This document shows positions 18,852-28,794 of a stretch of 64,000 bases of DNA, in pieces (position 1 is the first letter of the stretch; every line of letters begins with the position of its first letter). Below the pieces are notes generated by a model that saw only the letters and a program-made list of their open reading frames with translations, had not been told where the DNA came from and searched no databases. A program made the position numbers and the translations under genes. The stretch is from Bacteroidota bacterium (GTDB lineage Bacteria; Bacteroidota; Bacteroidia; Chitinophagales; JADIYW01), in contig JAQBNI010000089.1 of NCBI GenBank assembly GCA_028288625.1, forward strand, positions 9,149 through 73,148. Direction: 5' to 3'.

Positions 18852-21800
18852 TTACAGCGTGTAGGTCATCTTCACAATTCCCATCAAGCCCATCACAGGC
18901 GAGCCAATAAAATATTGCTGTTTTTTATTGTAAATATTGGAGATAGACACCGTGCAGTTATAATGATCGTTCAGGAATTTCGGTGTATAGGAAATATCGA
19001 GATCCATATCATGTGTTGGTCTTACGTGACCGATGAAATTGCCTGATAACACAGGGTATCCCGCGCTCCAGTTAAATTTGACACCCACATTTAAGCCTAC
19101 TTTTTCCGCATAATAATTCAAGCCTACATTTACTTTATGCTTAGGAGAATTTAAAGCGATGTAACCCATCGGTGCACTTTCTACTTTCACCGAATCCTTA
19201 TCAACGAAAGAATAATTTACGCTTACTGTAAATCCTTTCGGCAAATAAATATTGCTGTTGAAATCTATTCCGTATAAAGTAAGGTTCCCGATATTCCGCG
19301 TAACTAACAATAAATTCGGACCACCCGCTTCCTTAGGCGTGATCACACCGACCGGTAAATTTTCTACTGCCTTCCTGATCAGCGAAACAAATTCAGGCGC
19401 GCCGTTTCCATCACCGTTTCCGCCAAACTGTCCGCCTTGCTTATCAATAAATAAATTCAGCAACTCAGAAATTTTTATATCTCCCAACGGAGATGGAATA
19501 GTACTTACAATATCTTTTATAGTAAGATTGTTGTAATTATTTTCGATCTGGGGTGTGAGGAAAGCCATCAGCTGATCGGCATTGAACATCACCGCAGGCG
19601 TCAGTAATTGTACCGGAGCGAGATAGTTTTTAAAATCAGTTCTATAGAGATCTATCTGCACACCTAACATTTTTCCGACAACACCTTTATATCCCAATTC
19701 ATAAGTATAAGTGGTGGTTGGAACCAATCCTTTTATATCTTCTGTATTTTTCCAGTTATTATTATTCGATTCGAATTTTTGCTTGCCGGTGTTCAGGTTA
19801 TTCACCACCTGCTCTGTATTTCCGGGGATGGATTGCGGGATAATTGCATTTACTACCTGGCTGATGATCGGTAGCAAAGGAGACGTTGCATCGATATTCG
19901 CCTGCACGCCAAACTGGCTGTTGATCGCGCTTAATATGCCCTGCCAGCCGGTTTGCGTAAACGATGCATCGCCTACGTCATGAAACTGTCCTGTTGTTCC
20001 GTAAGGCGATAAAAATTGCGGAAGAATTTGTCCGCCGTAATTCGCATTCGCATTAAAACTGTAATGAAAACCTTCCCGCGGCGTTCCTTCGTTTCTCACT
20101 TCAATACCTTTTGGAATTCTTCCCTGCACAACATCTACATAGTAAGCTGCAGAAGCAGGATTTTTGAATGCCCTGTTAAACGTGAAGCGTATATTATGAC
20201 CGGTGCCCGGCTTATACACTACTGCAACTTTCGGAGAGAACAATACTTTTTTAACTGCAGTATTATAATCGAGACGGGTTGCAATTATTGCACTGAAACG
20301 CGGATGTAGTTTATATTCTCCCTGCAAGTAAACACCGTATTCATCTATGTTGTCTTTGTCTTCAAATTTTCCATTCAAGGTGCCTTTTGTTTCGGGACGC
20401 GTAAAGAAAGCATCGAATCCGTAAACAAGGAATACCCGCCTTTTAATATCATAGGAATGCTGCACCTGGAAGGAGTACATATGCGATTTGTCAATGTAGC
20501 GACCGCCAACCGGGACAAAAAAAGTTTTATGTGAGTTGTTGCCATTTACATAAGCCTGCACAAATAAATTTTTCCATATAAAACGCAATTGCGCCCAACT
20601 GTACGTCCAGTTTTTATTTTGCATAGCGCCGATCGGACTTGGAATAATTCCGTTGCTTACATTTACTCCGCCTGCGGCAATAATATTAAAATCTTCTTTG
20701 ATGCGGAAGTCCAGCCTGCCGTCTACCTGACCGTTTAATATCCGCTCATCTCTGTCATTTTTTACAGCAACACCAACACCATTGGGATCGTTGGTTTCAT
20801 CAGGTCGCTCGTAATAGATCGTATCTGAGGAAGCAGAAAATTTAATGACCTGGGAAGGATCTCCGAGATCGCTGTAGCGCCAGTCGTGACCCACAAATAT
20901 TTTGGAAGAAACTTTAATTCCCAATTTGAGTGCTGGATTTTTTATGTGGATGGTATCTGCAATATAAAATCCAGCAGAAAATAAAACGCGATCCGTAAAT
21001 TTATCATAATCAAATTTTGGATTATCGCGGTTGATATCAACAAGTGTATCTTTAATTTTTACGCGTGCGCCGGTGGCTGTCCAGAATTTTATTTCCTGGT
21101 GATCCAGCGGCGATTTTGTAATGATATGGATGACGCCGTTGTTTGCATTCGGACCGTATAATGCTGCTGCCGGACCTTTCAAAACTTCTATACGCTCGAT
21201 ATCTTCATCGGTGGTCGTCATCATCGTATACATATTCAAACCGGTGTTCGGCAATTTCGAAACACGGTTGTCCGTTAACGACATTACATCACTGGTGAAA
21301 TAACCATTAAAGCCACGCACAGAAGGCTGACCACCCTGCACGCCCGAACGCAACACTTGTACGCCTGAAAGATTTTTTAAGTGATCGGTGATACCTAAAC
21401 CTGCTTTATTCGCAATGGCAGTAGCATCTACAGATACAATGGAAGCAGGCGCATCGAGGATCTTTTCTTTTTTTCTTGATGCGGATACAACGACCGTAGT
21501 TAATTCGGTTTCTTCTGTTCCTAATTGAACATCGTAAGACTGGTTACCTGTGGCTACAACCTTTTGATCTTTATAACCGACGTAACGGAAAATAACTTCA
21601 TCGCTGTCGTTCACCTTTAATTCATAAGCCCCATTAAAATCGGTAACCGTTCCTTTTAATTTATCTCCCTCCACAAAAATATTTACACCGATAAGCGGCT
21701 CTTTTGTTTGCTTATCAATAACAATTCCTTTTAAAACAAATTCTTTATTTGATCTTTTGCTGATGACCTGCGGGATCTCTCTTTTTTCTTTTTGTGCAAA

Positions 21801-21869
21801 TGTTGGATGGACTAAAAACAGGATGGATATAAATGTGATAATTCTCTTTGCAACTCTCATACTATACAT
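18852..21869 (-). CDS. TonB-dependent receptor with an N-terminal carboxypeptidase-regulatory-like domain
   Basis: Signal peptide, a CarbopepD_reg-like segment (GIVIDKQTKEPLIGVNIFVEG), a plug (IERIEVLKGPAAALYGPNANNGVIHIITK) and a long barrel. 1005 aa. Confidence 0.9.
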   Translation of the reverse strand: MYSMRVAKRIITFISILFLVHPTFAQKEKREIPQVISKRSNKEFVLKGIVIDKQTKEPLIGVNIFVEGDKLKGTVTDFNGAYELKVNDSDEVIFRYVGYKDQKVVATGNQSYDVQLGTEETELTTVVVSASRKKEKILDAPASIVSVDATAIANKAGLGITDHLKNLSGVQVLRSGVQGGQPSVRGFNGYFTSDVMSLTDNRVSKLPNTGLNMYTMMTTTDEDIERIEVLKGPAAALYGPNANNGVIHIITKSPLDHQEIKFWTATGARVKIKDTLVDINRDNPKFDYDKFTDRVLFSAGFYIADTIHIKNPALKLGIKVSSKIFVGHDWRYSDLGDPSQVIKFSASSDTIYYERPDETNDPNGVGVAVKNDRDERILNGQVDGRLDFRIKEDFNIIAAGGVNVSNGIIPSPIGAMQNKNWTYSWAQLRFIWKNLFVQAYVNGNNSHKTFFVPVGGRYIDKSHMYSFQVQHSYDIKRRVFLVYGFDAFFTRPETKGTLNGKFEDKDNIDEYGVYLQGEYKLHPRFSAIIATRLDYNTAVKKVLFSPKVAVVYKPGTGHNIRFTFNRAFKNPASAAYYVDVVQGRIPKGIEVRNEGTPREGFHYSFNANANYGGQILPQFLSPYGTTGQFHDVGDASFTQTGWQGILSAINSQFGVQANIDATSPLLPIISQVVNAIIPQSIPGNTEQVVNNLNTGKQKFESNNNNWKNTEDIKGLVPTTTYTYELGYKGVVGKMLGVQIDLYRTDFKNYLAPVQLLTPAVMFNADQLMAFLTPQIENNYNNLTIKDIVSTIPSPLGDIKISELLNLFIDKQGGQFGGNGDGNGAPEFVSLIRKAVENLPVGVITPKEAGGPNLLLVTRNIGNLTLYGIDFNSNIYLPKGFTVSVNYSFVDKDSVKVESAPMGYIALNSPKHKVNVGLNYYAEKVGLNVGVKFNWSAGYPVLSGNFIGHVRPTHDMDLDISYTPKFLNDHYNCTVSISNIYNKKQQYFIGSPVMGLMGIVKMTYTL

Positions 21870-22021
21870 TTAATTATACTTGACGTTAATTTTTAAAAAA
21901 TTTTCACGCAAAGCTATGAGCAAATATCTGTATTAGAAACTAAATGGAATTGCAATATTATTAACACCATTAATATCCATGTTATGGACTAACTATAAAC
22001 AGTTATGCAGGTGTGAAAAAT

Positions 22022-22357
22022 TTAATTGACGAGAATTTCGGCAGGGATCCTGATCTTTAGCCCATCAATTTTTTCGGAAATATGGATCTGGCAGGATAAC
22101 CTGCAATTACCGGTGTAACAAGGCAAGGTTTCCAATACGCACATTTCAGGATCGTCGGCGCCTTCTATCATTACCTCATCTTTGTTCAGCACTTCTACCC
22201 TGCAGGTAGCACACAGCGCCATTCCGCCGCAAATAGCTTCCAGGGGGTAACCATTTCCTTTTAAGACATCCATCAATGAAAGCTGGATGCCTAACGGAAT
22301 TTCCATAGGCTGAAATGAAAAATCATCCTGCTGTATGTGTATTTTAATCGAACTCAT
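22022..22357 (-). CDS. 2Fe-2S ferredoxin
   Basis: 111 aa with the cluster cysteines CGGMALCATCRV ... C. Confidence 0.85.
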   Translation of the reverse strand: MSSIKIHIQQDDFSFQPMEIPLGIQLSLMDVLKGNGYPLEAICGGMALCATCRVEVLNKDEVMIEGADDPEMCVLETLPCYTGNCRLSCQIHISEKIDGLKIRIPAEILVN

Positions 22358-22387
22358 GATGTGATCAATTACGACTTACTGTTTGTG

Positions 22388-23389
22388 TTAGAATTCTGTG
22401 ATGCCATTAACCGTCGTATATTTCAATGTTGGCTTTTTACCTAAAATTAATTCCGATGCGCTGTGTACCATCAATGCTGCTTCGTGGAATCCGCATAGGA
22501 TCAGCTTCAGCTTTCCTGCGTAATTATTGATATCGCCGATCGCATATATTCCTTTAATGTTTGTAGAATAATCGTGCGTATCCACATTGATCGCATTTTT
22601 ATCGATGTTGAGTCCCCATTGCGCGATTGGTCCCAGTTTAGGGCTTAACCCGAACAATGCAAGGTAATGGTCAGCATCTAATTCTTTATTTGTTCCATCG
22701 TTATGTGTGATCTGTACTTTCTCTAATTTTCCATTTCCGATAAGATGAGTAACATTTGAATTTAATTCCATTTTGATTTTTCCTTCTTCTGCGAGCTGCT
22801 TCACTTTATGCACGCTGTCCGGCGCACCGCGAAACATTTCTCCCCTGTGCACCATGGTTAATTCCTGCGCAACATCGGCGAGGAACATGGTCCAGTCTAG
22901 TGCGCTGTCGCCGCCTCCTGCGATCACTATTTTTTTATCGCGGAATTTTTCGGGATTAAGCACCATGTATTCAACTCCATTTTTTTCATAATCCGCCAGA
23001 TTATCGATAGCCGGCTTACGAGGCTCAAAGCAACCCAGACCGCCTGCAATACAGATTACTTTAGCATGGATCTTAGTATCAAGATGAGTAGTGAGTATAA
23101 ATGAATGTTCATCCTGTTTTTCAATATTTTCAATGCGCTCACCCAATGTAAACGTCGGATGAAATGGTTTTGCCTGCTCCATCAGGTTATGAACCAATTC
23201 TTCTGCCATCACGATCGGGAAACCCGGAATATCATAAATAGGTTTTTTGGGATATATCTCCGCAAGTTGTCCTCCCACTTGCGGCAGATAATCTACCACA
23301 TGGCAACGCATTTTCAATAAACCTGCTTCAAATATGGCAAACAATCCGACCGGACCTGCCCCGATTATGCAAATATCTGTTTCTATCAT
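22388..23389 (-). CDS. Ferredoxin-NADP+ reductase, thioredoxin-reductase-like type
   Basis: GAGPVG FAD motif, a second GGGDSALD nucleotide motif, AIGD near the C-terminus, and no CxxC. It lies immediately upstream of the ferredoxin. Confidence 0.85.
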   Translation of the reverse strand: MIETDICIIGAGPVGLFAIFEAGLLKMRCHVVDYLPQVGGQLAEIYPKKPIYDIPGFPIVMAEELVHNLMEQAKPFHPTFTLGERIENIEKQDEHSFILTTHLDTKIHAKVICIAGGLGCFEPRKPAIDNLADYEKNGVEYMVLNPEKFRDKKIVIAGGGDSALDWTMFLADVAQELTMVHRGEMFRGAPDSVHKVKQLAEEGKIKMELNSNVTHLIGNGKLEKVQITHNDGTNKELDADHYLALFGLSPKLGPIAQWGLNIDKNAINVDTHDYSTNIKGIYAIGDINNYAGKLKLILCGFHEAALMVHSASELILGKKPTLKYTTVNGITEF

Positions 23390-23533
23390 TCTGTCTAAGT
23401 TATACGTTATATGTTACCTGTTATAAGGGTAACTATATGAACTCAAAAATAGAAAGATAAAGATTAAAGGAATGTTATGAATTCTATTGATTGATATTTT
23501 CAGAAGATATGCTGTTACAACTGTTCAGATTTA

Positions 23534-23995
23534 TTACTTGCCTGACTTTGGTAAATCTAATTTCAGCACGCCATCTTTATATCTGATCTTAATATCTTCC
23601 GGATCTACTTTCTCCGGTAATGAAATGGTCCTGCTCCACGAACTGTAACTGTATTCCCTCGCGATATAATTTTTTTTCGATTTTTCGTTTTGGCTTTCCG
23701 TATCGCTGCTGATGATAAGATTATTTCCATTTACGCCCAGCTTAATATCTTTCTTGCTTAAACCGGGAACGGAGATCCTCACTTTATATTCATCACCCGC
23801 ATCCCAGATATTCCAGAAAGGACTACTGACTATCGCGCCCCCTTTAACTGGTTCGGCTGCTTTTGATGGTGAAGGCGAAGCTGCTTTCTTTCTTTGAGGA
23901 GGAAGCGGTTTATTGGCGGCTTTAACTGCAGGTTTTTTGCTTGCAGGACGTTGCGTATTTGCTGCTGAAGATTTTTTCCTTTTTGTTGCTTTCAT
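23534..23995 (-). CDS. Hsp20/alpha-crystallin small heat shock protein with a Lys/Ala/Pro-rich N-terminal tail
   Basis: The ACD core is DEYKVRISVPGLSKKDIKLGV...LPEKVDPEDIKIRYKDGVLKLDLPK. The N-terminal ~55 aa are KKPAVKAANKP-like. Confidence 0.85.
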   Translation of the reverse strand: MKATKRKKSSAANTQRPASKKPAVKAANKPLPPQRKKAASPSPSKAAEPVKGGAIVSSPFWNIWDAGDEYKVRISVPGLSKKDIKLGVNGNNLIISSDTESQNEKSKKNYIAREYSYSSWSRTISLPEKVDPEDIKIRYKDGVLKLDLPKSGK

Positions 23996-24004
23996 AATTT
24001 TATA

Positions 24005-24844
24005 TTATTCATGTGAAATAAATATAGGCACTCTTACGTCACGAATTAGAGTATTCGCCATACTTTTTTTCAATAACCTGGAAAATGCGCTTCTCCCATA
24101 AGCTCCCATTACAATTAAAGCATTTTCTTCCCGCTCTTTGAAATAAGTAAATGCGCCATCCCCTGAACGCTGCGCATGCTCAATGTCAATCTTTAAATTT
24201 GTAAAATGCTGATGAAGCAAATCCTTGATGTTTTCGCTGTGTGTTAAATGATCGGATGCTTTTTCATTGAAAGATACCAGCGTTGTTGTTTTTGAATTCC
24301 ATTCGGGGAAGAGATATGAAAACATTTTGATCGCATGGATGCTTGATCTTGTTCCATCATAACATAAAAAAATATTCTCTACAGGATAAAACTTAACGGG
24401 AACTACCAACACCGGACAATGCGCGTCTTCAAGCACATCAATAATAAATCCGGGTACACGGTGAGCATCGATATGTGTAAAGCTCATGTGTTCGTCTAAG
24501 ATCAAAATATCTGCAAACAGTGATTCATTGATCAGAAAATCCAGGATGTCCGTACCTTCATGAATGTGCGCTTTGTGTTTTATGTTTTCCGAATTACACC
24601 TGTCGTTAAATAATTTCATGTTCAGTTCCAACTTATCAGCATCTTTTTTCTGACGGTCAACGATATTCGTATATTGCGTAGGAACCAACACAAAAACATC
24701 AGGCAGCTCTGCATAGATGTAAGACAGATCGTGCAGGAAAACCCCGAGGATCATTCCACCGGAACGCTTGGCAATTGCTATGGCATATTCCAGTCCGTTC
24801 TCATTGTAAGTGAGGGCATCAATGGCAACTATAATTTTTTTCAT
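24005..24844 (-). CDS. Tandem-domain universal stress protein (UspA family)
   Basis: I set the start at the ATG at 24844 (MKKIIVAIDA). Two Usp-like halves are present, the second ending in GAYGRSAFSRLL..S....L......PIFISH. Confidence 0.8.
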   Translation of the reverse strand: MKKIIVAIDALTYNENGLEYAIAIAKRSGGMILGVFLHDLSYIYAELPDVFVLVPTQYTNIVDRQKKDADKLELNMKLFNDRCNSENIKHKAHIHEGTDILDFLINESLFADILILDEHMSFTHIDAHRVPGFIIDVLEDAHCPVLVVPVKFYPVENIFLCYDGTRSSIHAIKMFSYLFPEWNSKTTTLVSFNEKASDHLTHSENIKDLLHQHFTNLKIDIEHAQRSGDGAFTYFKEREENALIVMGAYGRSAFSRLLKKSMANTLIRDVRVPIFISHE

Positions 24845-24936
24845 CTTATCTATCTTATTTATAGCAAAGTACAAGGAGGGCAAGTGACTTTAAACAAAAA
24901 ATTCATACTTTACTGAAGTATCAACAATTAAAACTC

Positions 24937-26208
24937 ATGAAAGTTTGTATCATTGGCGCAGGTGCATCCGGAATTGCAGCTTGCAAAACACTACAGGATC
25001 AACAGATCGAGTTTGATTGCTATGAAAAAGGCACTGATATCGGCGGTTTGTGGTGGTATGAAAATGACAACAGTCAGAATTCCATTTACAGATCGCTTTG
25101 CATCAATACTTCAAAACAAATGATGTCTTATTCCGATTTCCCCATGCCGGCGGACTACCCGGTGTATCCTGATCATGTGCTGGTTCATAAATATTTTTCA
25201 GATTACGTAGATCATTTTAATTTCCGGGATAAAATAAAATTTCAAACTACAGTTACCGGTGTAAAAAAAGAAGGAAATAAATATTCAGTAACTACGGATA
25301 AAAATACGACACAGGAATATGATGCTGTTGTGGTTTGTAACGGACATCACTGGAATCCTGTGTTTGCAAACTTTGAAGGTAATTTTGAGGGTGAAAAATT
25401 ACATGCGCATGATTATAAAACTGCAGAGAAATTTCACAACAAGAAAGTGCTGATCATCGGCATCGGAAACTCAGCGGTAGATATTGCATGCGAGTTGAGC
25501 AATGTTGCAGAGAAAGTCGTGATCTCTACGCGAAGCGGCGCTTATATTATCCCGAAATATTTATTCGGAATTCCAACCGACCACATTTCAAAACCGCCAT
25601 TTGCGTATGCCCCGCTGGTTTTGCAGCGAACGGTATTGAAAACAATTCTTCGGCTCAATGTGGGCAGGCAAGATAATTACGGCATTCCTGTTCCCGACAG
25701 ACCGATCTTATCAGAGCATCCTACCATCTCACAGGATCTTCTTTACAAAGTTGGAACAGGAAAGGTGAAGATCAAACCGAATATTAAAAACTTCAACGGT
25801 CATCATGCTTTCTTTGATGATGGTTCGGAAGATACTTTTGATATTGTTATTCACTGTACGGGTTATAAAATGACCTTCCCATTTTTTGAAAAGGATTTTC
25901 TCGATCCCGGTGAAAATGATTTACAATTATATCATAAGGTTGTTCACCCTGATCACCGGAATTTATTTTTCCTTGGACTTATCCAACCGCTTGGCGCAAT
26001 CATGCCGTTATCTGAAGTGCAGGCAAAATGGACAGCAAATATCCTCACCGGGAAATGTGCGCTGCCATCAAAAGAAAAAATGCTGGAGACGATCGGGAAA
26101 GACCGCGAACAGATGCGCAAAAGGTACAAGAATTCTGCGCGTCATACCGTGCAGGTGGATTTCTATCCTTACAAGCGACTGATCGAAAGGGCTATGAAAA
26201 AGAATTAG
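24937..26208 (+). CDS. Flavin-containing monooxygenase (FMO-type, class B)
   Basis: GAGASG FAD motif, FMO-identifying FxGxxxHxxxY motif (FEGEKLHAHDY), and a second GIGNSAVD NADPH motif. Confidence 0.85.
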   Translation: MKVCIIGAGASGIAACKTLQDQQIEFDCYEKGTDIGGLWWYENDNSQNSIYRSLCINTSKQMMSYSDFPMPADYPVYPDHVLVHKYFSDYVDHFNFRDKIKFQTTVTGVKKEGNKYSVTTDKNTTQEYDAVVVCNGHHWNPVFANFEGNFEGEKLHAHDYKTAEKFHNKKVLIIGIGNSAVDIACELSNVAEKVVISTRSGAYIIPKYLFGIPTDHISKPPFAYAPLVLQRTVLKTILRLNVGRQDNYGIPVPDRPILSEHPTISQDLLYKVGTGKVKIKPNIKNFNGHHAFFDDGSEDTFDIVIHCTGYKMTFPFFEKDFLDPGENDLQLYHKVVHPDHRNLFFLGLIQPLGAIMPLSEVQAKWTANILTGKCALPSKEKMLETIGKDREQMRKRYKNSARHTVQVDFYPYKRLIERAMKKN

Positions 26209-26510
26209 CGTATTGTTTTCCAATGTCCCGGCATCCAGTAATAGCCTTCATAAGTTTGTTTCCAGTGACCGGGAATCCATTTTGAATAAGGCTGAGGCGC
26301 TATCCACCTTCCATCTATCCATACATAATTATTTATTTGAGGGTTCCATCTCCAGTCGCCTTCCACCCATATATGACCGGGCGCGGGGCACGCAGGACGG
26401 ATCACCTGCACATGAGGATGTACCGGGCGCACCTTTACATACACATGCGGATGCGCCTGAATTTGCAGCCCAAGAAACACAAATCTTAATATCAGAAATA
26501 ATCTTCGCAT
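26205..26510 (-). CDS. Small secreted His-rich WxxGxW-repeat protein
   Basis: I set the start at the ATG at 26510 (MRRLFLILRF, a signal peptide). The protein carries HPHVYV..VHPHVQV and repeats of W-x-x-G-x-W (WVEGDW, WIDGRW, WIPGHW, WMPGHW). Confidence 0.6.
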   Translation of the reverse strand: MRRLFLILRFVFLGLQIQAHPHVYVKVRPVHPHVQVIRPACPAPGHIWVEGDWRWNPQINNYVWIDGRWIAPQPYSKWIPGHWKQTYEGYYWMPGHWKTIR

Positions 26511-26652
26511 GTCATTTATTTTACTCTTTGACGAATCAAAAATAAAAAGGTTTAATAATTTAATTTTTTTTTGAAAATTATTTGCATATTTGATCGAATT
26601 CATTTTACATTTAAGCCAAATGATTTCATAACTCATCAACAATATTCTTTCA

Positions 26653-27732
26653 GTGGGAAAAAAATCAAAAAAAGCAGAACCGAAAAAGCCGGCAAAATCA
26701 ACACCGAAAAATGTTGTTTCATCACGCACGAAATCTGCGCCACCTGCAGCAGCAAAATCAAAAGCTACTGCTAAAGCTGCAGCGGGTAAAAAAGAAGCGG
26801 CAAAATCAAGTGCCAATAAAAACAAACCTGCAGCTAAAACGCTTACTAAAAAAAGTGCGCCTGTTCTAAAAAAACAGGATGAGAAGAAGAAAGTAGTTTC
26901 AAAACCTACTGTAACTAAGTCTTCAAAAGCTACCCCGGTAAAATCTAAACCTTCCCTTCAAACTAAAAAACCCGCGAAACCTGTGATCAAACAAGCAACA
27001 CCCAAACCAACGGCAAAACCTGCCCGTCCTGCAGCTAAAGCTGAACCTGCAAAAACAAAAGCAATTTCTAATGCTGATACAAAAAAAATAACTCCTCCTG
27101 CAAAAAATGCAGCAGTGGAAATAAAACAACCAAAATCTTCCAAACAGGCAGAAAGCAAACCTGTAGAAACTGCAGTGGCAAAGCCTGCAAAAGGTGAAGG
27201 TAAAAAATCAAAGAAAGTTCCGCTGCCGCCGGTAAGAATGGCTGCTGCGCCGCCGCCGGGAGGTTTCCGCAAAATTATAGTAGATTACAAAAACGTACCG
27301 GATGAAGTGCTCAAAGCATTGTCTGAAAAATATCCGCATGGTTATAATAAAGGCATTATAAAATTTACAAACGCAAAGAGAGAATTGGTTTCTGCTGTTC
27401 CCATTGAACTCGGAGAATTTTCTTACCTCGTGAAAGTAAGTACGCAATTACAAAAAATGGTGAATGATTATGATGACGAAGAATTATTCCCTGAAGTAGC
27501 GGCTCCGATTTCTGAAAAAGAAATACCTGTTGGTGCAGGTGGAGACTTTGATGACTTTGATAAAAGCGATGAAGACGACTCTCCAAAGAAAAAAGCAAAA
27601 GGCAGAGTTAAGAGTGCAGATGATTTGGAATACGGTTTTGACGATGAAGAAGAAGAGGGTGATGACGACGACGACGACGATGACGATGATGCCGCACCCG
27701 CTGCAGATGACGACGATGACGATGATGAATAA
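26653..27732 (+). CDS. Charge-segregated protein: ~190-aa Lys/Ala/Pro-rich basic N-terminus, ~80-aa folded core, poly-Asp/Glu C-terminus
   Basis: GTG start as in the ORF track. The first in-frame ATG is ~195 codons in (MAAAPPPGG), so the N-terminal extent is uncertain. The C-terminal DNA is a (GAY)n tract. Confidence 0.6.
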   Translation: MGKKSKKAEPKKPAKSTPKNVVSSRTKSAPPAAAKSKATAKAAAGKKEAAKSSANKNKPAAKTLTKKSAPVLKKQDEKKKVVSKPTVTKSSKATPVKSKPSLQTKKPAKPVIKQATPKPTAKPARPAAKAEPAKTKAISNADTKKITPPAKNAAVEIKQPKSSKQAESKPVETAVAKPAKGEGKKSKKVPLPPVRMAAAPPPGGFRKIIVDYKNVPDEVLKALSEKYPHGYNKGIIKFTNAKRELVSAVPIELGEFSYLVKVSTQLQKMVNDYDDEELFPEVAAPISEKEIPVGAGGDFDDFDKSDEDDSPKKKAKGRVKSADDLEYGFDDEEEEGDDDDDDDDDDAAPAADDDDDDDE

Positions 27733-27746
27733 TCACGTGCAACAAT

Positions 27747-27779
27747 AAAAAAAAGGATCATTTTTTGATCCTTTTTTTT
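27747..27779. terminator. Bidirectional rho-independent terminator between convergent genes
   Basis: AAAAAAAAGGATCA / TGATCCTTTTTTTT forms a ~14-bp stem with a TTTTT loop. The A-tract and T-tract let it work in either direction. Confidence 0.7.
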
Positions 27780-27780
27780 A

Positions 27781-28272
27781 TTATAGCGAATGTAAAAACA
27801 TCCATACCCATTTTATCGCAAAATACGAAAGGACTGCAAGCAAAATAAATATTCCTGTTAAGATGCTTAAAACCAGGACTACAACAGATGTTGCACTTCC
27901 GCGATGCCTGCCCTCACCAAAATGTTCAGTAGCGAGCACGAGGTTTTTTCTATTTGCTTTATAAAAGAAATCGAAGAATCTTCCGAGTACAGGGATCAAA
28001 CCGACAATTCCATCAATGGAAATATTCAGTATCATTCTTGCAACTACTTTACCATCTGCTCCATTGCGGACCATTGCAATTAACAGTAATGCGGAAATGG
28101 CATAATCGATAAGATCTCCTAACCCGGGAATTAAACCGATCAGTGGATCTAAACCAAATGAAATTTTTGTTCCGGGAATCTGAAACTGGCTATCCATCAA
28201 TTTTACAAACCGGGCGACATTCTGCAGTTGTGGCGGAACAGGTTTTACTCCCGGTTGTTTTCCAGCAGGCAT
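27781..28272 (-). CDS. DUF4112-like small membrane protein
   Basis: Motif DPLIGLIPGLGDLIDYAISALLLI plus TM helices. Its start overlaps the upstream stop (TAATG). Confidence 0.7.
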   Translation of the reverse strand: MPAGKQPGVKPVPPQLQNVARFVKLMDSQFQIPGTKISFGLDPLIGLIPGLGDLIDYAISALLLIAMVRNGADGKVVARMILNISIDGIVGLIPVLGRFFDFFYKANRKNLVLATEHFGEGRHRGSATSVVVLVLSILTGIFILLAVLSYFAIKWVWMFLHSL

Positions 28273-28739
28273 TATAATTCAACAGTGATCATCGGTAATT
28301 CCGCTAAATGTTTTTCTTCATAAGTAACATCCAGGAATCCAAGTATTCCCCCTGAAGCTTCTGCAACCGCAAGCGCTAAGCTTTTCAGAGATCTCAATAA
28401 TGTACGAGCGTATATCGGATCGATCTTCGGTAATATATCGTTTAACTTTTCAAGTTCTGTTACTAAGAGCTCTGTTCTTTCCTCCGGCAGTAAATTATCG
28501 TATTGCTTTTCCAGGCTGTGCAACTGCGTAAGAAATTTGGGTTCCACTTCTGTAAAGAAATCAAATAACATCGGATCGCCGGTACTGGTACGGAAATGAA
28601 CAATGTGTTTTGCCTGGGATTCTTCTGCTGTATCCAGTTTTTTGTCAGCACCGCCGGTTAAATAAGTAACCAGCGCCGGTGAGAGGTACAGCAATTCCCG
28701 CTCTTTCTCGGGTAAGTGACTGAATTGTATGATCGCCAT
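28272..28739 (-). CDS. Hypothetical helical cytoplasmic protein, translationally coupled to the DUF4112-like gene
   Basis: 155-aa ORF with no recognised motifs and clean coding appearance. Confidence 0.65.
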   Translation of the reverse strand: MAIIQFSHLPEKERELLYLSPALVTYLTGGADKKLDTAEESQAKHIVHFRTSTGDPMLFDFFTEVEPKFLTQLHSLEKQYDNLLPEERTELLVTELEKLNDILPKIDPIYARTLLRSLKSLALAVAEASGGILGFLDVTYEEKHLAELPMITVEL

Positions 28740-28794
28740 TTAAAAAAATTAATTGCTGCAAACCTACATAATTTTTTTTATCCTCTCAATTTTT

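Noticed and set aside
21870-22021. Possible cobalamin or other riboswitch upstream of the TonB-dependent receptor, considered because a B12-dependent mutase is in the window
   Set aside because: The leader is AT-rich with no B12-box-like GCCACTG core and no evident multi-stem GC-rich structure. Nothing supports a riboswitch.
26511-26825. N-terminal 105 aa of the 206-aa minus-strand ORF 26205-26825
   Set aside because: This part is antisense to the 5' end of the Lys-rich gene and is compositional (AAFDFAAAGG). A signal-peptide-bearing Met at 26510 gives a sensible 101-aa secreted WxxGxW protein.
26923-27761. Minus-strand ORFs 26923-27129, 26958-27272, 27208-27447, 27365-27598 and 27468-27761 (including a poly-Ser product)
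   Set aside because: All are antisense shadows of the low-complexity Lys-rich and poly-Asp coding sequence, with no independent coding signal.
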